Source: Paraspadella gotoi (lineage: Eukaryota; Animalia; Chaetognatha). From it: a stretch of DNA of 64,000 nt. The position numbers were made by a program, and so were the translations under genes. The stretch spans positions 12,763,039 to 12,827,038 of the forward strand of contig CM119271.1 in NCBI GenBank assembly GCA_051294375.1, given 5' to 3'. Within the stretch, counting starts at the first letter, position 1. The number at the start of each line of letters is the position of its first letter. This document shows, piece by piece, positions 52,208 to 64,000 of the stretch. The notes beneath the pieces were generated by a model, which worked only from the letters and a program-made list of their open reading frames with translations, ran no database searches and was not told the origin of the DNA.

Positions 52208-55200
52208 GGATAGAAAAATAAAGAGAATAAGGAAAAAAAGAGGAGAGACTCACAGACGGAGAGACATTAAAAAAAAGATGCAGAGAGAGAGAAACAGAGA
52301 CAAACAAAAAGAGAGAGAGAGAGAAAGAAAGAAAGGATAGAAAAATAAAGAGAATAAGAAAAAAAAGAGAGAGACTCACAGACGGAGAGACATTAAAAAA
52401 GAGATCAGAGAGAGAGAAACAGAGACAAACAAAAAGAGAGAGAGAGAGAAAGAAAGAAAGGATAGAAAAAAAAAGAGAATAAGGAAAAAAAAGAGAGAGA
52501 GACTCACAGACGGAGAGACATTAAAAAAAAGATGCAGAGAGAGAGAAACAGAGACAAACAAAAAGAGAGAGAGAGAGAAAGAAAGAAAGGATAGAAAAAT
52601 AAAGAGAATAAGAAAAAAAAGAGAGAGAGACTCACAGACGGAGAGACATTAGAAGAGAGACATAGAGAGAGAGAAATTATGTAGCCAGATTTCCCAATCC
52701 CTATTTTACTTTGAGCTTGTCACACAGCTCCTCCAGATCTTCTCCCTCGAAATCTTCGTCCTGCGTCCGCGCGAGTTCGTAGAGCAACGCGATGGATTCC
52801 CCGGCGGCTACGCGAAGATCCGCGTGATTCGACTCGAGGATTCCTGATGAGAATAATAGGTGAGTCGGAATTCGCCTCGAAGGCTTCATTAATTTTATTT
52901 GCATATTGCAGTGAGAATTTGTACTTCATTTTTTTTATTTTTTGCATTGCCACGACTTAGTAAATTAGTAAAGAGGGGCAAAGTCGAGAAACTATGCCAT
53001 CTATGGGATCCCAATTGGAAGAGGATTTCTCAGTGTTTCCACATTAGAACTCCACGCCAAGTAGTAAAAATGTGGGAAGAAGGAAATCTTGTATAAATAA
53101 ATAAAACTTAAAATTTGTGATTTAGAAATAAGTCATCTGTTTCTGTTTTGTAAAAATAATAAAGTGATGAGTTTGGATTGGTCTTAATCGCTTCACCACT
53201 CGTCATCGTCTCACCAGGCAGTTTGGGCAAATGCGTTTGGATCAGGTGCAGGACCAGGCTGAGCGGAACGCGGGTGAGGAGTAGATTCCAGGCCTGCAAC
53301 GACTTGGCGTGGATCTGCGCCTGTTCGGAAGTGTGGTTCGGGACGGAGTTGTCGCCCTTCAAGTAGGAATCTTTGAAGGCGGACTCCAGAGAGTGTAGAA
53401 CGCTGCAAGAATAAATAAGAATGACATTATCCGCAGCAGATGCAGCGGCCTGAAAACCATTCCCGCCAATACGCACCTGTAATGCTCTTCGGTTCCCCCA
53501 ACGACGTAGGAGCAGATGCCGAGAGCCGAAGCGCAGGAGGCTCGAGCCTTCGGGCTGCAGTTGCGATCTTGAAGGACGAGCTGCATCGCTTCCTTTAGCT
53601 CCAACCAGATGCCTTGGGTATGGATGAACAATGTTTTATATTTTGTAATCTTAAGGACATAATTGATCATTCTGAACAACTTAGTCTATTGCATCGTGTT
53701 TCGCGACTTTTGTGTTTTGATTTAAATCATCACTCATAAATATTACTTTAATCTCTTACCAAGTCATACTTATTCAACCTTGTTCTTTTCTTTTCATCTC
53801 AAACTTACTCTCGACTTCGGGATCGTCGGCTGAGGCGATTTGAAGAATGAGCATGGTGCTCGACTGAGCCGCCAACGCCTGTTCTTCCCCGTTGCCCTTA
53901 CGGATGGATTTCAAGAGGGCGTCGCCGATCGTCATTTTTCTGGGGGAAACAAAAAACGTTCCATTGAAAAGCGTTTGCGGAATGGGGTTGGAGAAGGTTT
54001 TCAACTTGTATTTTTGAAACCTAGAGGGGTATTGAAGGTGTGAAGAAATAGAGGGAAAAATAATGGTATATTTCGCGAAGTTTAAAATTGAGAGAATGTA
54101 TCGCTAGACAAAATATACTGAGGGGCAGGAGGAGGAAAGAAGAAGAAGAAGATGAAGAGGAGAATTGGACGGCAGGCTAAATCCTCCTCTGGAAACTAAT
54201 GTGGATTGTGGAGGACACTCACGCTCTCCCTCTTTCCACTTGGCCAGTTATTATTATCTCTGCCTCGTTTATGCCCCGAGGTCACTGCCAAAGCCACGAG
54301 AATAACATCGTCAAATCGAAACCCCGTCTCACCTCCCCACCAAGAGATCGAAGAGGTATCTTTTCCTGAGTCCGCGAAGAAAAGCCCCCAGAGCCTCGAT
54401 CCGCGTGGGTTGACTCTTGTCGCTTAAATCGTCGATCGTCTCCAACATCTTGTCCTCGAAGTCGTCCTCGTCGACGAGCGTTTCCTCCGTGTCGGCGATC
54501 GACGCCACCGTGCATTCGTCGTCTGGAAGAAGATGAGAACCAGAGTCAGGAAGTGCAAGAGAATGTAATTCATGATAAATGATATACCGTATCTTCCATC
54601 CCTCTTGGAAGATGATAAAGCAGGACCCACCAAGCTTTTCCTCAAGACACTCTCACAGTCTCGTTCATTAACCTGGTATACCCATCAATGAGTTGGGATA
54701 ATATTTTTATGATCAGTTATAATTACTGTGAAAGACCATTTTCTCAAGTATTAGTTCGGGTAAGGGTAGCTCTCTCGGATATTGAGACTTCATGACGTGT
54801 CCAGTAAGAATATCAAGCGATCAAAATACGGAACAAAAATTGACTAAACTTCAGCGAGAGGCGAGGTGAGAAGTTTTAAAAAGGTCATGTCTAGACTCTA
54901 AAGGCATAAAAACACTGACGATCAAGGTGTCAAAGTGACATGTATACGTTGTAATAAATTGTTCGTAATAAGATCCACAGAAGAGGCATTACTTTGATTT
55001 GAAGAGAGGTCACTAGTCGCCCAAGTTATTTTTTCTCCAGATGGTGAATTGCCCTTTTTTCCACAAGACGAGCATGATGCCGACAAATCTGACGTATGGA
55101 AGTTAACGAGTTTTGAAGTTTCTCGTCTTGGCGATGACACATTCAGCGACAAGTCGGAATAATAGATCTGCGAGATTTCGTCTATCGCAGTTTTTCGTTC

Positions 55201-56798
55201 CGCGACGAAGGCGTCGTGAAGCGAAGTGTGATGCATCCCGTTGCAAGCGCCGCAACGAAGCTCAGAACCGCAGTTTCGCGCCAAATGTCCCGAGCTCACA
55301 CAGCGGAAACATAAATCGTTTTCCGCCACGAAATTTTTCTTGATGACGGCGGAGGCAGTTTTGTAGCCAAGGCAGAGGACGAATGGGTGATCTTGCTCGC
55401 ATAATAGACACGTCGCCATTGATGTTGCTGAGGGAGGCGTCGACGCGGCGGCCGATCCTGCTGCCGACTCATTGACCGACTCAGGCGCCAATAGAGACGG
55501 TGAGGATCTCGCAAGAAGCCTCTTTCGCGGCGACTTTCGATTACGTGATGCTAAATTAAAGGAGGAAGAAAAGATTCGCTCCTTCTGATCTCTCGATTTT
55601 GTCGGCGGAGTCGCGACGAGGCTCTCGAGTCGGTGAAGCGACTCCTCTATCTTTTGGAGTCGAGGTTCGTAAATTCGTCTTATTTCGCGAACGATCAAGT
55701 TTATCGAAGTCAAATCCATGTTTTGTTTATTAATTTTTGTTTTCTATTTTTTATTGTTTTTTTATTTTGAAATCGTCGAATCCTCGTAGCGAAGATCCTG
55801 TTTTACCGTGAAGAAATTTAATCTTCAGGGTTACGGAGTCGAAGGATTAATTGCTTCGCCCGTTCGAGAGATTTAACACAAGTTCATGCTTTGAAGAAAA
55901 AAAGTCGCGTCAAATATCTGACAGATCAAATAAATGGTTGGCCTCTTTTGGCTTTTCCGTCTTTTCTTCTGATTGACCAATCAGAGAGGAGGCTTCTCTC
56001 ACGAGAGCGACGGCAGGTAAAGAAGAGAAGGAACAAGGAGCAGGCTTCGACTTTCCCCCAAGAAATTAACATCAAATTCTCATGGACCATTGATTGTATT
56101 GTTTACAACCGTATCCGTTGATTGATTGATTCATTCATTACTGCTCTTACTCTGCATAACCATTAATAATCCTGGAACTGACTTATAATACTTGCAAGGA
56201 AGTTCATAAAATAAGCTAAAAGTAATAATTAGTTAAGCTGGACCACTCACCCGAAAAGTCCCGCGTGCTTCTAACGTCCGACATTCCGCTGACCGAAGTG
56301 GCGTCAGAGTAAACGTCATCGTCTCCGCCTGAACGGGATTCGTTGAATTAAAATTTACTTCACTCGTTGACATCTTTTTGAGTTATGAACTTTGAAAATA
56401 TCCTTTTATGAAATTGGTACAACAAATATAAAATTTTGGACAGGCTTTGGTGGTTTAAGTCTTCCATCACACTTACAAGATAATAACATAGCAGGACTGC
56501 AATCTTTCAACCAAACTCTCATAATGATAGTCGAGTTTATTCACTCCCAAAGTATCGGGATTCCCTAATGTATAATGTGTATAATGTGGTATAATGTTTC
56601 AAGGAATATTTCAATTGTATAAAAGGACCACCCCTTTTATACAATTATTAAAATATTGTCCGTCACTAAAAAAAATGGATAATTTCAGTCGCCCTCTTTA
56701 CTCACAGAGTCAAGATGAGTTAACTCACCCAAGATCGAAGCTCCGACGGATTTTCCTCCCTTCTTTCCTCCTTTCTTCTCTCTTTTTCCCTTCGGCAT
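51438..56798 (-). CDS. Interferon-related developmental regulator (IFRD1/2 family), multi-exon
   Basis: MPKGKRE…, MTIGDALLKSIRKGNGEEQALA, ARASCASALGI, SLQAWNLLLT, DLRVAAGESIALLYEL, RQRQVSRQEGAAP region in the frame DSAKYRAKKERRQTR, and the terminal RNRDKRTTVF*. Confidence 0.9.
51990..52675. repeat. GA-rich compound tandem repeat (about 120-bp unit, about 5 copies) in an IFRD intron
   Basis: Recurring GACTCACAGACGGAGAGACATTA…AGAAACAGAGACAAAC…GGATAGAAAAATAAAGAGAATAAG mixed with (GA)n. Confidence 0.9.
54922..55719 (-). CDS. Intronless 265-aa ORF with a BEL/Pao Gag-type triple zinc knuckle, nested in an IFRD intron
   Basis: CLLCEQDHPFVLC…LCFRCVSSGHLARNC…CGACNGMHHTSLH, with an N-terminal coiled coil. 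ATG and stop are intact. Confidence 0.75.
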   Translation of the reverse strand: MDLTSINLIVREIRRIYEPRLQKIEESLHRLESLVATPPTKSRDQKERIFSSSFNLASRNRKSPRKRLLARSSPSLLAPESVNESAAGSAAASTPPSATSMATCLLCEQDHPFVLCLGYKTASAVIKKNFVAENDLCFRCVSSGHLARNCGSELRCGACNGMHHTSLHDAFVAERKTAIDEISQIYYSDLSLNVSSPRRETSKLVNFHTSDLSASCSSCGKKGNSPSGEKITWATSDLSSNQSNASSVDLITNNLLQRIHVTLTP

Positions 56799-57197
56799 TC
56801 TCTCCAAATTTCTCTTCCTCTTCCTCCTCTCCAAACACACACAAAAAATCACGATATCTATTTAAACCCTATGCGATTTGTTGCCTAGCGACGCCGACAG
56901 ACGCCGTCAAATTAAAGTGTGTATCGAGTCTGTGATGAATGAGACGCTTATTTGAAGACTTTTCAACGAGGGAGTGAGCGAGAGCCTTTCTCTCATTCTG
57001 TTTGCGTGATTCTCACTAAAGTCTCTGTAAAGAAGAGGTAAACAAAAAGGTCACAACGTTGCGATAAAAACGAGATCAACGATGACGTCCCAACCAAAAA
57101 AAAAAGTGTATTGTTCAATGTTCATGTTCAACGTTCAACGTTCATGGCATTTCATTTAGAATGAAAATTTCACTCGAAATATTTTTTTCACGCGGTT

Positions 57198-60100
57198 CTA
57201 ATCCTTGTGAACGGATTCCGGGTCCTTCTCGTCGTACTGTCTCACTGCCTCCGGGAGATTCGGGCGACCGAACTCGTAATTGTTCCAAATCTCTTGCCAC
57301 AAGGGATACACGTTCATGTGGCACTTGAGTTTGCAACAGAGAAGAAACACGCCGGCCAGTTTTCTGGCAAGGAAAATAATTTATTATTAATCATTTAAAT
57401 CTTTATCCACCTCCGATCCAACTGACCGGTGCAACGAGTAGACCTCTTCCGGCGGCGGTCTCAACCTCTCCCTCAGAATGGCGGGCAGCATCTCGGCGAC
57501 GCGTTTGATGCTCGTCTGGGCGCCAAAGTCGAAGGGGGCGTCGACGCGGAAGATCTCGCCGAGGATCATCACCGAATCGGCGTGAGCCACCTTCATGGCG
57601 CGAGATTCGTAGCTGAGAGGGGGGGGGGAAATAATCATCGTGCGAATGGTGGATGAGCCCCTCAGTTGAGTGAAGATGACTATTTACAACTTCTCAACCG
57701 CTCTAGGATCCAAGGTAGAGGAACCATGGCTTAGGAGAGAGTGGAGTCGGGCATTGCAATAAGTTCACCCCTCGTATAAACAAAACCTTCAGGCGTTACC
57801 CGATTGATTATGACCATTAGGTACCGGGATCGATCCCCAATGGTACCCACCAAGCGGGAAGTGTGAGGACGGTCGTAAACCGCCTTTTGGGGCGTGGAAA
57901 ACCCTCAAGCATGGTTCCAAGCTCAGGACCCGTTCCATGGCTGCTAGAGCGGGTTACAGAAGTCTTCAGCCCACTAAGCGCCTCATCAACGAGAGTCCTC
58001 ACCCAGTCAAAAATCCCACTTTTTGACTCCACTCGATGATCCCTTCTCGATCTCCGACGGCGGCGAAATTGATCACGTGGATGTAAGAGTCGACGAATTC
58101 CGTGGAGAAGAATCGATTCGCGCCGAAGTCGATGAGGCCGATCCGCTCCTGTTCGGGAGAGAAGAGGAAGTTGCTCCAGTTGGGGTCCGTTTGCATCACG
58201 CGCCAGACGAAGAGTTCTGAAAAGAAGGGAGGTCGGGCGATAGAACGGATTGAAGGTTAATCCAAGATCATTTCATTTAAATTAATTTAATTCAACTAAT
58301 TTCAAATTCTCTCTCTCTCTCTCTCTTTCACTTTCTCTCTCTTAAATGTCTCACCGGTGAAGGTTAATCGTAAAACGGATTCGCCGATAAGATTTCTCGT
58401 TTCTTGACTCTCGATTTCGCACATCTGGGGGCGAGAGAAAGTAGAAAAGTTTTTTCTTTTTTTGCTAAAGCCGTTGGTGCTCGATGTGGTCACCTGATCC
58501 AACGGGACGCCGTCGAAGTATTCCGTCGTTAATATTCGTTTCCCGCTCACGTGATCGATCACTTTAGGGACGTAGAAAATATTGTCGCCTTCTAAAAGGT
58601 TCCCGAAATAACGCCCTGCCGCCGCTTCTCTAAAATAAATATATAATAAATGTGGGAAATGTGTTTAATGAAATTGGTACAACCAATCTAAAAATTACCC
58701 ACTCTTTTAATAAATAAGTTATCTTGCCCCTGACTTTAAACAGGCTTTAGTGGTTTAAGGCCTCCATCACTCTTACAAGATAATGACATAGCAGGTCCCC
58801 GCAAGCTTTCAATCAAGACTTTCTCACAGTCTCGTTTTATTCACTCCCAGAGTTTATTTTATTCTTTACCAAAATCCATTCATTTATTAACTAAGCTATC
58901 TTGTCCCTGACTGTGGACACTGGACACGGACAGGCTATGGTGGGTTTTGACAAGATACGTTATAATTTACTTATTTAGTAGTAAATTGGGACTCGCCTCG
59001 TATAATCCACCTCCCACGCCAACTCCTTCCTTCCGACGCGGAGGATCTCTCCCAAGAAGACGGAGTCGGGAACGAGATTCGTCGCGTTGACGACGGAGAC
59101 GAGGTTCTTGATGTCGCTGTCGATCCCTTCCGCCACCCCGGGGTACTACATCAACAACAGCAACAGCATTGACAAGACTGCGACCGCATTGGCCACAGAA
59201 GTGGCGCACACACCTGAATTTTGACGGCGACGGGCGTTCCGTCGAGGAGATGCGCCGAGTGGACTTGACCGATGGAGGCGGCGGCGAAAGGAGTTCGTTC
59301 GAAGTCGGAAAAGTGAGAACTCCAGTCCGGACCCAATTGGGAGATTATTCTGTGTGTGTGAGAGAGAGAGAAAGAGGAAGAAAAAGGGAAAGAGAGAGAA
59401 AGAGTCCGAGAATAAAGTAGGTAATACAAGATGTGAATAAAATTTAAAGACTCTTACTGAGACTCGGTTTGCTTCCAAGGCATGAAGTCGGCAGATTGGC
59501 GCACGCGATCGAAGATCGACTGAAGTTCGTCCGAAAGAAAAGTGTTGTCGGCTATGGAGAGCATCTGACCCAATTTCAAGGCGGCGCCGCGGACTCGACA
59601 GAGAGTCTTGACGATCCTTTCCGCATTGGAAGGGTTTAACAGGACGGACGAATCGATGACGAGGTCTTCAGAGGTGGTAAAACAGGGCCGAGGTCAGTCG
59701 GATACGATAATCCAAATTGGCTCAATCTCAGGCTCACCTGACAAAGCATCTTTCTTTGGTTCCATTTTAGAAATCCCTACTGCGCGTTTGGTTAATTCGA
59801 CGACTCCTCCGACGGCCAATCCTAAATCGAACAAATCAATCAATCAATCAATCAATTTGACGAGACTAAAAGAATTTCTGCGAACCTGCGGCCAAACCGG
59901 AGAAATTGGCGAGCCTCTCCACGCGCCCGGAGGGAACCCGACTCTCCCTCGCTGTCGACGATATTTTGGGCTTAGCTTTGAGGCGCCGCCCGAGTTCCGC
60001 CGCTGTCGGAGGCCGCTTTCCCGGCTCCGTTCCGCCCGCGAGGGGCGGGTCGGCGGATATAGAAGGCGGGGCGGTTGGCGGAGCGTCTTCGCCGCCGACG

Positions 60101-60455
60101 CCGGACATCGATTTCGTCGCGCATCTTCGCCACAAAACGCGCGCCGGTGGACGAAGATGGCGGGAAAACGGAAGCATTTGGGTTTTGTTCTAAATTATCG
60201 TGTCGTTTTTTGATCTTTTGTCTTTTCCAACTCGGCCTTATTCGTCTGAGTTCCGCCAGCGGCTTCGTTGACTCGGTGCGCCAAGTCTAAAGCGACGACG
60301 ACGTTCTTGGCGACGGATTTGACCGCCTTCAGCGTCTCTCTCGTGGCGGGGTCGCGCAGCGCGGCGTCGAGGCGCGTAGCTTGGTCTTTGGCCACGATCT
60401 TCCCCACGAGTTTCATGCCGCGGAGCAAACCTTTGGAGGCCGCGGAGCTCGACAT
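57198..60455 (-). CDS. COQ8: UbiB-family atypical kinase COQ8 (ADCK3/4), multi-exon
   Basis: [45 protein letters not shown]…[25 protein letters not shown] and [15 protein letters not shown]. Confidence 0.95.
57652..57987. mobile_element. Degenerate foldback element in a COQ8 intron
   Basis: The left arm GATGAG…TGAAGA…CCGCTCTAG…GGAACCATG matches the reverse complement of the right arm. There is a central hairpin GGTACC-GGGATCGATCCC-CAAT-GGTACC. Confidence 0.55.
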
Positions 60456-61450
60456 CGGATTTGCATCGAGGGAGAAACCCTATCAATCCATCACAGAACC
60501 AATTTCGGATTTGGCTTAATTGAAATTAAGAATCACTGACTGATAAACGTTGAAACTTTGAAGGGAGATTGAGAATTACGTGTACTTACTTCGATGCATA
60601 CAAATTAGCTATGTCACAGCCGTTTTCTTTTATTGAAACATAAAAGAATAATGGAAATTTTCCTGAAACAACGATGTTTAATATCACTATCAAATCCATA
60701 AATAGGGCTGTTTTAAAATATTAATTTCAGAAACAAACTTAAAAAAACCCTAAACTTCAAAAAATCTATGAAAACTTAGAGATCAAAATAAAAAATAGTG
60801 TATCATCTAAAAAGAGACTAAAATTCTGATTGGTTTACTTAATTAATAACAAATCATACCGTGATCATGGATATACTAGAACATACTACATTATACTTCA
60901 AAATCTTGAATAATATAATTAAATAATCTTCGGAGGCTGCAGTAAATTTTTAAACTTTAAAATGATTGTCTTGATAAGACTGTCTAAATAATAACCTTTA
61001 TTCAAAATATTTTTTCAAAAACAACTAGTGAAAGCTGGAACAGGCAAATAATCATAAACGCAATTGCCAAGTAAATATATAAGATTCTGGATATTTTTCA
61101 ATTTTTTTAACATTCAAGACAAACTTAACAATATCCATTGGATATAAATTAAGAACTTCAGAGACGGCGAAAAAAAAAAACCATCTCCGATGCTCGATAT
61201 AATTTCTCTTCAACGAGAACACAAGTTTTGTTTTCTTTTTTTTTGTTTTTTTTTAATTCAAATCTTCACCATTTTCTTTACGAAAAATGACGACTGACCG
61301 ACCGACTAAATCACAGTTCTCGTGGGTCAAATCGCCCCACTTATCTCGCGCCGCAAAAATTTGGTAAGTTTCTCCTCCGCGGATAATCTCTCGCCGAATT
61401 CTCTCAGCGCATCGAGACGACAAACTTCCGACTAATTCCCTTCACCGATC

Positions 61451-64000
61451 TCAATAGATCCTCTCGTAAAACAGAAGATAAGCCTGGGCCTTAAGAACTT
61501 TCGACTCTGGCACTTCGACGACGTTTGTGTCCGAGACGTAAAACCACGTCCCCGGTATCGGTTCCGTGGGCGGAGACTTGGGCGGCGAGGGCACGCCGCC
61601 TTTGACGCCGGCGACGGAAGGCCGTCGCATCTGGGGCGAAGTCCCGCTCGCTTGAGAAAAGTCGTTCTCCGACGCGACGAGGGAAGTGTTGAAACCGCTC
61701 TTGTGGATGAAGACTCCGGAGCGACGGGAGAAGGAGCGGACCTGGCGGGTGAGAGAGAGAGAGAACCGGTTAATCAGGTTAATTCGGTTAAAGATAAGTT
61801 CCTTCGCAATTGGACGAACCTTGACGAAAGCCACGTAGTGTCCTCCCGACATTCGGCCGCTGTGCTCGACGACCCCGTAGAGAGAATAGATGACCTTTTC
61901 TTGTCCGGAGCGAATCGCTTGGCAAGAGGAAGAGCAGAAGGGCGCAAGATCCAGGAGCAAAGGAAACTCCACGTGCTTGTTTATCTTACGAAGAGTGGAG
62001 CCGCAGTGCTAATGAGAGAGAAAGGTGACGACTCGTCGCAAATTTTAGAGGAATATTTTGAAAAGAAGAAAATTATTTTTACCTGGAAGCGTTTGAGATG
62101 CAAAGTGAGCACGGCTGGCGGCGTGTGAATCAACAGCTGCTTCGATGCCGGACAGTAAATCGTCTTTGGCGGCGGGCGGCGCTGCTCGTCGGCGGCGGCG
62201 GCGTCTTCGGAGGAGAGGCTCATCGCCGAGGACGTCTTCTCGGCGTTAGTGCAGACTTCACAGCCGAAACGATTAGAACCCGTCAGTAATTCCGCGGCTG
62301 TGAACTGGTTTAAGCTGTTGTGGGCGGATGAAGAGAAGAAAGAAAAAAACTTGAGCGTAATTATAACATTGGCCGATCTTAACTATATAAACAATTTCTA
62401 CTCGTAGTACATAAACAGATTGTTTACAAAGACCTTTCCAAAAAAAACAACCTGGCTAAAACAGAACACTCCTGCGGCTGCGGGCAATACTTTGACCCCA
62501 ACGCCGCCGTCCCCGCCGACTTTTTCCGGTTGTGCAGCGCGGCGCCGACGTCGCTCGAACTTCCGCTCTTGGCGACGGCGCCGCCTTGATCGCCGGCGCC
62601 GTCTTTGACGTCCTCGGCCACACCCTCCTCGTTGGTGACGACGAGCGCCAGCGGGGACACCGGGTATTCGACGGAGGCGTCATGTTTCCGTCGCTGTCAA
62701 CGATGCGTCGGTGGCGAGGGAGAGTAATCTGCGAGTGGGAAGAGTCGAAGAAGAGATTGAGAAAACTTACTAAAACGAAGACTTTTAATTAAATACTTAC
62801 GATATAAATCTATTATTTAATATCACGTTATCAGTAAGGGAAAAGTTCATACAAATTAATATTAATGGCAAACAATAATAATTAATCGTATTGTCTAATT
62901 CTAATCGAGAGTAAAGTTCTTCAATTAAATGAATGTTAAACGTTCCACAAAAGTTTATGTTCAACATAAGAACAAATGCATCAACACGATACCGTGATTC
63001 CGTATCGACGTTATCCTCGACGTCCGCGTCCGAAGGCGCCTCCATCTCCGTCTCCGACAAGCAGCTTTCCTCGGCCACCCCCGACTTGGCGACCGAGTCC
63101 GCTTTCGCGGGAGAATCCGGCGCATTCGCGGGAGTTTCGGCGGAAGCGACTGGCGGAGGTTCCGACTTTGTTTCCGGCTGCGGAGAGGTAGACTCTTGGG
63201 CGACAGGTTCAGGCGGTGGGGGCGGCGTCCCGGGTGTCGCTTCGGGAGAAGGCGGGCGGGGCGGCGGCGGAGATTCTGGCGGTAATGGCGGAGGCGACTG
63301 TGACTGGGGCGGAGATTTTTGTGGCGATTGTGGGGATGACGGAGGAATTGGGGAAGACGGCTTTTTATCCTCCAACCATTCGTCAGGAGAGGTCTCGAGT
63401 GGGGCGGCTACGAAGGAAAAAATTGACATTAAAATACATTTTATAATAACGTTTTATGCAAATTTCCCTACAATCGACGATTAGTGATTCCCCGAATGCG
63501 TCTTCGGAACCAGAGTCGTCTTTGTCCTCCATCTCTTGGAACTGCTTCTCCTCCTCGAGGGCGTCCGGCGCCTCCACCGCCCCCGACTTTTCCTGACTCA
63601 ACTCCACTTTCTTCCGCGGCATCCAGAAATCCTTGAAGGACGATTCCCCGTCGAGCAATTTCTGAGAAATAGGAGGGGGAAAGCGTAAAGAAAAGTTCCG
63701 ATCGGCGATCGAGGGCGCCGTAGAAGACCTGTTCCGCCCGCTCCTTTTCCTCGCTCATCGTCAAACGCTGCAATTCCTCGGATAGCTCGTCGAAAGGAGC
63801 CATGGCGGCGGCGCCGACGCCGGGTTGTGACTCCTCTTGACTCGCTTGGCCGACGGCCGACTTCTGACGTCCTTTGGTTACAAAAGGGAAAGTTTTGGCA
63901 GATGGTATTTGAGACCAAGAGAGAAACAAAAGATGGAGCAATACCTTTCCGTTTAGACTTGGCGTCTTTCTTGGATTCTTTCTTCTTCTTTTTCTCCGAA
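61451..64000 (-). CDS. Ubiquitin-specific protease of the USP16/USP45 group; 3' part only
   Basis: PPAVLTLHLKRFQ, HVEFPLLLDLAPFCS, His box YGVVEHSGRMSGGHYVAFVK and WFYVSD…AQAYLLFYERI. Confidence 0.9.

Noticed and set aside
51990-52675. Regularly spaced repeats that could suggest a CRISPR-like array
   Set aside because: The intervening sequences are themselves repeated low-complexity GA tracts, the context is a eukaryotic intron, and there are no cas genes.

Overview
Gene-dense, intron-containing eukaryotic DNA. It looks like a compact invertebrate genome: MCDDEVAAL-type actin, a peptide-receptor-like GPCR, GC-rich exons and AT-rich short introns. I assembled 18 host genes by hand, and all lie on the minus strand. 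In window order they are a STAR/Quaking-like KH protein, GLYCTK, a DnaJ protein, a Gag-derived gene, HOGA1, BPNT1, SDHAF1, a kinesin-14, WDR89, PNKP, ABCF2, a class A GPCR, actin, an LDLa membrane protein, an unknown Pro/Ser-rich protein, IFRD, COQ8 and USP16/45. Several stop-to-ATG gaps are only 120-400 bp and contain T-rich AG acceptors with no evident upstream exon of their own, suggesting polycistronic transcription with trans-splicing. Highlights: (1) a six-exon Ty3/gypsy Gag-capsid-derived gene with no pol or LTR (candidate Arc-like domestication), missed by the ORF track because it is split by introns; (2) the unidirectional, operon-like cluster; (3) a minimal hammerhead ribozyme inside a hAT-like non-autonomous element upstream of the Gag gene; (4) an intact BEL/Pao-type zinc-knuckle ORF nested in an IFRD intron. 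Gene identities come from motif recognition, not database searches. CDS coordinates are gene spans including introns.
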